DNA from: Octopus vulgaris
Lineage: Eukaryota
Length of the DNA stretch: 64,000 bases
NCBI GenBank assembly: GCA_951406725.2
Contig: OX597821.1
Span: forward strand, 116,932,001-116,996,000
Reading direction: 5' to 3'
Below are positions 54,464-64,000 of this stretch, in pieces. Every line of letters begins with the position of its first letter. Within the stretch, counting starts at the first letter, position 1. The notes beneath the pieces were generated by a model. The model searched no databases, was not told the DNA's origin, and saw only the letters and a list, made by a program, of their open reading frames with translations. The translations under genes and the position numbers were made by a program.

Positions 54464-54751
54464 CGTGTATATATATATATTCACAACAGTCTTGTTTCAG
54501 TTTCTGTCTGGCTTATAATAAAAGACACTTGCCAAAGGTACCACACAGTGGGACTGAACCCAAGACCACATGATTGGGAAACAAGCTTCTTAACCACACA
54601 GCTGCTATGCCATATCTTTCCTTTTTTTTTTTGTTTTCTCTTTTTTTTTCTTTTTTTTTCTTTTGCAATTATTGTATTCTTCATATCCATGACAAGATTT
54701 AGGATCAGCTCTTCAAGATATTGATACACTTATCACTTAGGTAGTTCCTTT

Positions 54752-55024
54752 CTGGGCCATAGGGTCGGAGTCGGAGTCAGAAACAATTAAGAGGTAGCTG
54801 GACTCGGAGTCAGTAAAACTATATCGACTCTGATTCCGACTCGCAATATCTTTATTCTTTAATATAAGCCAATTATAAGATACAGGCCTACTCAAAGTAC
54901 AAGCATATGCATAATGAGATATGTAGACCACAATCACTTAATTACTTAAAGAGGAGTCAGAATTGGAATTGGCGGTGCTAGTAGTAGACGAGTCAAAGGT
55001 TTTTGTTTAGACTCCACAGCCCTG
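54752..55024. mobile_element. hAT-type MITE with GGAGTC subterminal repeats
   Basis: Exact 8-bp TSD GTTCCTTT (54744-54751 and 55025-55032); ends CTGGGCCATAGGGTC / GACTCCACAGCCCTG. Confidence 0.8.
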
Positions 55025-55544
55025 GTTCCTTTGTATCTTTTGCTACTTGCCGTAACCATTTGTACCTTCTTATGGTACCTATTTTGCTGTCGGGGGATAT
55101 TATAGAATAAAAATTTTAAGCCAACCTACCAAGCAAACAAACAAAACAGTTAGAGCAGTGAACTCACAGTAGGCAACCCTCCCCCCTCTTTCTCTCTCCC
55201 TCTCTTTTCCTCCCCCTCCTCCTTCCCTTGCAACTGCTAGAAATTTCACCTTGTGATTTTTTTTTTATTCTCAGAGGTCATGTGACTTGCTTTCATGTCA
55301 TCTTACAGGTGAACATTCCAAATAAATTCAGAATTATAATGATAGTGACATCTATATCTATCTGTATATATATATGTGTGTGTCTGTGTGTTTGTATATA
55401 TATATATATATGGATATGTATATATCAGCATTCGTGAAGTAAAATCATGTAGCAACACCGAATGGCAGTGCCCCAGCATGGCCACAGCTTGTGAGCTGAA
55501 AGTAGATGAAATGAAAAATATGTATGTATACATATATATATCTG

Positions 55545-55595
<51 letters not shown>

Positions 55596-55628
55596 GTATA
55601 TATATATGTATATGTAAATATATATATA

Positions 55629-55711
<83 letters not shown>

Positions 55712-55764
55712 TTAAAGGTAGTAGTTGCAGATGCAGTCGTTTGTTCTTGTTATAGTTATTGTGC

Positions 55765-55845
<81 letters not shown>

Positions 55846-56070
55846 GAAAGCAGCGAGCTAGTTGAATCATTAGCATGCTGGGCAAAATGCCTAGCTGCAT
55901 TTCATGTCATTACATCGTTCTGAGTTCAAATTCTGCCGAGGTCAACTTTACCTTTCATCCTTTTGGGGGTCGATACATCAAACACCAGTGAAACACCGGA
56001 ATCGATGTAATTACTTACTCCGTCCCTTGAAGTTTCAGGCCTTGTGCCTTTAGCAGAAAGGATTGCTACT

Positions 56071-56127
<57 letters not shown>

Positions 56128-56552
56128 ATCATTATTATTATTATTATTATTGATATTGTTGTTGTTGTTGTTTAAAAACGATGGTAGATTTGTGCCAGTG
56201 GTAAAGAAGAACTGCACAAAATTCCTTCTTGCCGATATCTCTTTTCGTATGTAGGTGGCTGTGGCATCTGCTACCTCAGTTCCATTTCGGTAGGAAGGAG
56301 GACTACAGCACAGTTCTTTATTATCATCATCATCCTCATCATCCTCATCATCCTCATCATCACTGCTGCACCAATCTCCTGGGTTGAATACGAGGCAACT
56401 GTGTAAATAAAGTCGCAAGTGTGCTTTGCAAGCTACTTTCTGGATTAAGTAGCTGCTTGAAACTTGTAATGTGTTACATCTATTCACACACACATACACA
56501 CACATATGTATATACATATATGAATATTTATACATACATGCATATAAACGTG

Positions 56553-56583
<31 letters not shown>

Positions 56584-57685
56584 GTGTGTATATGTATATA
56601 CATACATGTGTGTGTGTGTGTGTACATACATATATATACATAAATATATACATAGATATGTATGTATACACACACACACATATATATATAAATACATGCA
56701 TATATACATACATATATATGCATATATATACCTACATATAAATATACACATACATATAAATATGTAAATATAAATATCTAAATATAATATATATATACAT
56801 ATGTATGTGTGTGTATATATATACATATATATGTGCACATATATGCACATATATATATATACACACACATATATATATATATATATACACACACATTTAT
56901 ATATACATATGTACATATATATATATATATACACATATATATATATATATGTATATATTACACGCACACATGTAACCTCCATATGTGATGATGGTAAGGT
57001 AGTCATAAAAGAAAGCAATGCAGTTGGAGAGAGAGAGGGGGGGAGAGAGAGAGAGAAGTTTTTTTTCCCACTCCTTGTTTCAACAACATTTCAAAATAAC
57101 CGACAGTCTTACACACACATCACATATGTTGCACAACCTTCCTTCCACCTCTAATTCTTTCATTCTTTTTCTTTTCTCTCAGTATTTTTTTTTTCTTATT
57201 TCACTCTTCTAACGTAAGAGTTACACAATTTTCATTTACCTCTCTAAGCTTAAAGTTAAACTATCTACTGTGAAATGCTAGACTAGAGTGAGTACAAGGT
57301 CACAAGTAGAAGAGTTGTGATGTCCATTGTGTTAGGTGTTGTGAAGCAAAGGGTAATGTAGTTACTGTTGTGAGGTTCTTAACTGGTTACTGTTATGAAA
57401 TGTATTTGCCAATACAAATACTTTTTCCAACGATCTCTGCGTAAACAAAGAAACTTAGGAACTCCAGCACAGAAATGGATAGTAACAGCTTGTTAGAAAA
57501 AATCACAAACATTAACTTGTCTTTTCATTTGCTCAACATAAATTACACACACACACGAAGTTGATAAGGTCTATCACAGGAGTGTAATTAAGAAACAGGT
57601 CACACAAGGTCAAATATTTGACATCTTATCTTTAAAATCTGGAGGTTTTTTATTGACTTCAGAGAGAAACAAAGAAGTTTGTTCT

Positions 57686-58055
57686 ATCTTGGGATGGGTC
57701 ATTATGCCAATAATAAACACACTCACACACACACTGATTCTAGCTCACTTCTTTATTTTTCCTATTTCTCATTTAGTTATCCATTCAATCAATTAACAAA
57801 TTGATTGTTTGGTTTATCACTCCATTAATCAATTAATCAAGGTTGACAAAGTCCTTTCATTACTTTTCATGATGTCATTTGCAACCCCAACTGTAATTTG
57901 CCCTATCTGCTCCAATTCTGAAACAGATTGATTCATTGAAAGATTAATCAAACAATCAGTTAAGTGATTAAATAATTAACCAAGTGGCAAATGAATAAGA
58001 AGTGAAACAGAATTAGTGTGTGTATTTGTTATTGGCATTATGACCCTCCTGAGAT
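57686..58055. repeat. Diverged long inverted repeat (~130-150-nt arms, ~95-nt loop)
   Basis: ATCTTGGGATGGGTCATTATGCCAATAATAAACAC... pairs with ...GTATTTGTTATTGGCATTATGACCCTCCTGAGAT; similarity continues through CACTTCTT/AAGAAGTG and TGATTGTTTG/CAAACAATCA. Confidence 0.8.
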
Positions 58056-58467
58056 TCAACAGAAGATGTTTCAACACAATAAAGTTCACATCAAGAATCT
58101 TGCAAAACCAAATACAAAAACAAAATGAAGATTATTGGTACAATTCTCAAGGCACGATAAAATATTGAAATATTGGTTTAAAATTTTGGCGGTGGTGGTG
58201 GTGGTGGTGATGATGACAAGAAGAAGAATCGCTGTGTGTATGTGTATTTACAGGCATCTATGTATTTAAGCATATATATGCGTTTCTAAGTGTGTATGTA
58301 TTTATGTGTGTATACATGTAAGTATATATATATATATAGGAAGGAATTTCGATCATCCCCACATGGTGAGTTGTAATATATATAAGAAATTAAAGAAGGA
58401 AATGCACACGTTTTATTAAAAATTATATTAAAATATGTAAAATGTGTACATTTTCCTCATATATATA

Positions 58468-58520
<53 letters not shown>

Positions 58521-58744
58521 TTATATATGCATGTGTATTCATGTGAGTGGCAGTCTATATAAATGTAGTCTATATATACATGTATATATAATGTGGTGTG
58601 TTTCTTTTGCTCAGCATTCATTACTTTTAGCTGACTCTTAGGCTGAGAATGCATGTGTACAGTTATCATCATCATCATCGTCATCATCGTCGTTAACATT
58701 TTAATGTCTGCTCTTCATGCCGGCATGGGTTAGACAGTTCAAAT

Positions 58745-59427
58745 TTTGGCACAAGGCCAGCAATTTCAGGGATGGGAGTAAGTCTATTTCATCGTCCCCA
58801 GTGCTCAACTGGTACTTAGTTTATTGACCCCCAAAGAATAATTATAATAATAATGCTTTCAAATTTGGCACCAGGCCAGCAATTTTAGGGGGGGGGTGAT
58901 TACCTTGACCCTAGGGCTCAACTGTTATTTTATTGACCTGGAAAGGGTGAAAAGTAGATTTCACTTTGGCAGGATTTGAACTCAGAACATAAAGATGAAT
59001 GAAATGCAGCTGAGCATTTTACCTGGTGTGCTAACAATCCTTTTCTACTCTAGGCAAAAGGTCTGAAATTTTGAGGGAGGGGGCCAGTCAATTAGATTGA
59101 CCCCAGTACGCAACTGGGGCTTAATTTATCAACCCTGGAAGGAAGAAAGGCAAAGTCAACCTCAAACACCGCTAAGCATTTTGCACGGCGTGCTAACGTT
59201 TCTGCCAGTTTGCCACCATAAATAGAATTAGATAATTCTTTTCTACTCTAGGCACAATGCCCAAAATTTTTGAGGAAGGGGCCAGTCAATTAGATCGACC
59301 CCAGTATGCAACTAGTGCTTAATTTATTGACCCCAAAATGATGAAAGGCAAAGTTGACCTTGGCAGAATTTGAAATATTGTTAAGCATTTCGCCGGGTGT
59401 GCTAATGATTCTGCCAGCTCTCTGCCT
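58745..59427 (-). mobile_element. Tandem cluster of about four family-B SINEs
   Basis: Repeated GGCAC(A)AGGCC...GACCCC...GAAAGGCAAAGTCAACC...TCTGCCAG blocks. Confidence 0.75.
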
Positions 59428-59564
59428 TAACAAGTGTATAAGGTACGGTGCTGTCACCTACGTTAACCTAGGCTTTAATATATCTTTGTTAGCATGTGAG
59501 TACATTTACATACCTACATAATAAAGCTCCACACCCGTGTCATGCTGGGAAGTGTGTATGTTTA

Positions 59565-59900
59565 GGTACAGGTGTGGCTATGTGGTAAGAAACTTGCTTG
59601 CGAACCACATGGTTCCAGATTCAGTTGCACTGCATGGCACCTTGGGCAAGTGTCTTCTGCTATATCCATCAGCTGACCAAAGCCTTGTGAGTGGATTTTA
59701 GTAGAAGGAAACTGAAAGAAGCCCGTCGTATATATATATTGGTGTGTTTACATCCCTGTAACTTAGCAGTTTGGGAAAAGAGACTGATAGAATAAGTACA
59801 AGGCTTACAAAGAAAAAGTCCTGGGATCAATTTGTTTGACTAAAGGCGGTGCTCCAGCATTGCCACAGTCAAATGACTGAAACATGTAAAGGAATAAATG
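59565..59900 (+). mobile_element. SINE family A
   Basis: Colinear with 20605-20990, with an internal deletion. Confidence 0.85.
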
Positions 59901-60643
59901 AATACGTATATGTGTGTGTGTGTGACACATATAACATGTCTCTTTAGAAAACAGGACGCCTGGCACAAATACTCATGCTAGAACCATTTACTAAATACAT
60001 ACACCCTCTCACACAGCTGAACTATCAATCCATCTTATAATATTTATCTACTCTGTGGTGCTATTTTAACAGCCTCGCCCCATACTTATCTCAGAGCTGG
60101 GTCTGACTTTATAGCCCTTTCTGCTTTCTGCCTTTACCTCTCGTTGTCATCCAGGTCGGAATATTTGGGAAATATATTAAAGATACTATCAAGAATGAAG
60201 AAACTTTATATTCTGTTAGTCATTTTAAAAGACTGCTAAAGATAATAATAATATTCTTCGGTAAGAATAAAATGCCAATTTGTGTCTATATTAGCAATGA
60301 CTAAAGGAACCAAAACATTTTTAAAGACTTTGGAAATGTGTTAAGTACCATTTTGTTGACATTTCCAGTCTGTTTATGGGTTTATATATTTTATATGATT
60401 AAGAAGATTGGTAGAATTCGTCGAGTGACTGTGACAAGGCTTGTGTTATTTTGTTGTGTGGTTTACATTCTTAGTTCAAATCCTTGTGTTAACTTTGCTT
60501 TTCACCCATCTCCAAGGGTTCTTGGGTTCATATGGCACTTGGGGGACCACATAAAATTTCATCATTAAAATTTATCTGCAGTAAAATTGGTTATACTTCC
60601 ACAAAACATTTCACCATTTTTTTTTATATAATTCCTAATAATA

Positions 60644-61028
60644 CAGTGATACCTCATTGTAGGAGTTTAATTCATTCCATGACCAAGCTCATCTTATGAT
60701 TTACTCGTTTTACAAATTAATTTTCCCCATCGAAATTAACTAAAATATAATTACCCCATTCCAACCCCACAAAACCACTGAAAAATAATTTTTTATGGGT
60801 TTTAAAACAGAAAAGGCATAGTTAGAAGTAAAATGACAATTATGAAAAGGAAAATGCAAAAAAAATATGTAAACTGGTTTTATTAACTGAATTACCTTAA
60901 AGACGGGACAATTTGTGAGCTTGTACTGCAGATTTCTGCTTATACTTAAAAATAAAAATTCACACGAGTCACAGCTCATACAGCAAATTGCTTGTACAGT
61001 GGTGCACTCGTACTGAGAGGTTCTACTG
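60644..61028. mobile_element. pogo/Tigger-like MITE
   Basis: TA|CAGTGATACCTC ... GAGGTTCTACTG|TA. Confidence 0.65.
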
Positions 61029-61485
61029 TATTTAATTATAATGGGACTTTTTTACAATCTTACATGTCTATGAGGGCCTAGTAGAATAAAACAGGAATTA
61101 CAGGGATTCACAGACAAAAATATGATTGAGAAACTCAGGTGTGGATTCTATGAAATCAGTTACCCATGAAATGGTGGGTTGCTATGGCAATGTTTGAAAT
61201 CTTTATACTGAGTACCCTGTAACCCTTTAAACCATGGGGGTACCACAGAAGATTTGATCTTCATTTAGTGATTCTAAAGCAAGTACCAACCAAAGCTCTT
61301 GGTGCAGATTTGGTAAACAGAAACTAGAAGAAGGCATATATATACTTGGAAACAGGTGAGGGTTAGCAACAGGAAGGGCATCCAGCCATAGAAAATCTGC
61401 CTCAATAAATTTCAGCTGCAAGCATGGAAAAGTGGATATTAAAATGATGACGATGTACACATATATATATATATATATATATATA

Positions 61486-61688
61486 GTTAATCCAAACAAG
61501 AAAACACAAAAAAAACACAACAACGCGAGGACGTGGAATAAATATAGTATTATTGGACGCTCAGGAAAGAAGGAGGGTTTAACGTTTCGAGCGGAGTTCT
61601 TCGTCGGAAACATAGGAGAAGGAAAGATCCAGAGAAGGGAAGACAGAGGAAAAAAATCGCCAACGGTACACACGAGGTCACATTTTGA

Positions 61689-61690
<2 letters not shown>
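61486..61690 (-). mobile_element. Solo Penelope-like pLTR-type element in (TA)n, carrying a hammerhead-like motif
   Basis: ~200-nt CpG-retaining insert bounded on both sides by (TA)n. Minus strand 61611-61577 reads GTTT-CCGACGA-A-GAAC-TCC-GCTC-GAA-ACGT-T-AAAC. Confidence 0.6.
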
Positions 61691-61744
<54 letters not shown>

Positions 61745-61792
61745 TGTATGTATGTATGTATGTATGTATTTATATTTGTGTATTTATATATT

Positions 61793-62009
61793 GCAGCAAG
61801 CTGGCAGAACTGTTAGCATGCCAGGCGAAATGTGTAGCCATATTTCGTCTGCCATTTCATTCTGAGTTCAAATTCTGCCGAGGTCAACTTTGCCTTTTAT
61901 CCTTTCGGAGTCAATAAATTAAGTACCAGTTACGCACTGGAGTCTAATCCTTTTGTCTGTCCTTGTTTGTCCCCTCTGTGTTTAGCCCCTTGTGGGTAGT
62001 AAAGAAATA
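61793..62009 (+). mobile_element. SINE family B
   Basis: Same head, core and tail as 232-463. Confidence 0.85.
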
Positions 62010-62509
62010 TATATTTGTGTGTGTACATATATGAGTATGTATACGCGTGCATGTATGCATAGGGAGAGTGCTTAATTTATAGGCAGAAATTTCAGTGTAC
62101 ACAATATTAAATGTGCTACATTTTATAAGAGAGAATTTGATATCAAAGACAAGCAATAACACCCCCCACTGGTTTCAACCAAACAACATTGATAATCTTC
62201 ATAAAATATATCACATGATAAGATATACATGTGTGATATGAGTTCTGACATTTGTAGTAAGGTCCTTGCTTATATCTCAGAATGTACCATATTTGAATCA
62301 TCAGAAGTTAATTTTTTTTTTTCCTGGGACACAAATTTATTACTGAATATTATTAATCATTTTCTTTCTCAATGTTAAAGAATACTGTTTTTTTCTGAGC
62401 AGTATATTTTTTTATCTCCTTCCTCGAATCTTTTGCTTACTGTAAGCAGCATTTTGTAGATCAATCTCAAAATCAGAATCTCAATCAAATTGAAATAAAA
62501 AATGGAAAT

Positions 62510-63041
62510 TGTAGTTGTGGCCGATACCAGTGCTGTACTGTTCATGGGTGGGTCGTTGCTAGTGCTGCCTGACTGGCTCCCATGCTGGTAGCACGCAATA
62601 AACACTGTTCATGCGTGGGTTGTTCCCAGTTCCACCTGACTGGCTTACCATGCCAGTGACATGTAAAAAAAGAACCTTCCAAACGTGGTCAATGCCAGAC
62701 ACCCCCCTCCCCCAGCCCTGACTGGCTCCTGTGTCGGTTGCATGTAAAAAGCACCATCTGAATGTGGCCAATGCCACTACTACTTGACTGGCTCCCGGCA
62801 TGTAAAAAACACCATTCGAGCATGCTTGATGCCAGTGTCACCTGACTGGTTCCTGTGCTGGTGGCACGTAAAAGCACCCACTACACTCTTGGAGTGGTTG
62901 GCATTAGGAAGGGCATCCAGCTGTAGAAACTCTGCCAGATCAAGACTGGAGCCTGGTGCAGCCATCTGGTTGCCAGCCCTCAGTCAAAACCGTCCAACTC
63001 AGGCTAGCATGGAAAACAGATGTTAAATGATGATGATGATG

Positions 63042-63045
<4 letters not shown>
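62510..63045 (+). mobile_element. Family-C short retroelement with (GAT)n tail and internal repeats
   Basis: Repeated TGACTGGCTCC...TGTAAAAAGCACC units, then AGGAAGGGCATCCAGCTGTAGAAA...GCATGGAAAACAGATGTTAAATGATGAT. Many partial copies, e.g. 30170, 40640, 40950, 45190, 47387, 49620 and 53540. Confidence 0.75.
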
Positions 63046-63072
<27 letters not shown>

Positions 63073-64000
63073 TCAATAATTAAGGGTGCTACAAGTGGCA
63101 TCAGCATGCTAAAAATAGCAGCCAGAAGATGACTACAACCACAAATTTTCACTGATACATATTAATTGAAGTTTAGAGATAATGAGGTGAAGGGTGGGGG
63201 TGGGGGGTTGTGATGGACAAAATCTAAATGATAAATACTAAGATAGTACAAATCTTCATATTCCTAATTCATAGAGAAAATGAATGCCATCAAAAAATTT
63301 ATCTATAAAAATTATGGTAAATTACACCCCAACCCCCACCTCCATCACTAACGGTCAGGAACAAAATAATGATAAAGACCAGAATTTTTTTTTTTTTTTT
63401 CTTGAAGAATTTTTCTCTATATATCATTTTAATAATTGTTGAATTGTTCCATAAAATGGTAATCGTTATCTTTTATACAGTGAATGCTTAGCCCTCTCCA
63501 GGCCTGACTTTCTATCTTGAAGAAATGGTCTTTTGTTCAAGGGTGTGGCCCATATGTTTGGTCGGTTTCATCTTAACTGTATGTTTTTGCTATAATAAAA
63601 TAAGCCCAACTGAGCAAAAGTCCACCCTTGTTGAAGAAAAACACCCAAAAAACCATTTCCTGAATTGGTTGTCTTTTCTTTGTTTTGTTTTTAGTTTGAA
63701 TTCTTTATAAGAAAATTAATCGGATTTCAGTCCCTCCACCCATCTGAGTTTACATGATTTTGTATTTTTTTACGACCAGTTTTATCACAAACGATTGAAT
63801 GTGTATGCGTTGGTGTCCTTGATAGTACAAACCTGTTAGGCAACCAAACCAATAAACAAAAATAAAACTACATATCTACTACAATTATTTGTGTGTGTGT
63901 GTGTGTGTGTGTGCACGCGCTGATGCATAGGCTCATGCATGTGTGTGCAGGAATGTTCCACCTGCCTATGTGCATACATACAACTCTTCTATAATAAAAG

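Overview
Eukaryotic, AT-rich, extremely repeat-dense DNA. The SINE families and microsatellite load suggest a coleoid cephalopod (Octopus-like); this is inference. I can support only one host coding segment: the first coding exon of an alpha-neurexin-like gene (+ strand, ATG 18626, donor after 19346; signal peptide + LNS/laminin-G + EGF). No further exon is recognisable in the remaining ~44.6 kb, which is probably one giant intron. The rest is SINEs, decayed LINE fragments, non-autonomous DNA transposons (Helitron, hAT, piggyBac, Tc1/mariner/pogo, Merlin-like) and microsatellites; nearly all other listed ORFs are repeat artefacts. The most interesting signals are in non-coding RNA structure. 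Three unrelated short elements carry type-I minimal hammerhead ribozyme folds with palindromic stem III (Penelope pLTR/retrozyme-like), and one has a compensatory G3:C8 core swap. There is also a stand-alone 5.8S rRNA retrocopy, two AG|GT recursive-splice-like sites, a wobble-rich intronic hairpin and a head-to-head LINE junction next to the RT active-site motif. All structures were read by eye; no folding or database search was run.
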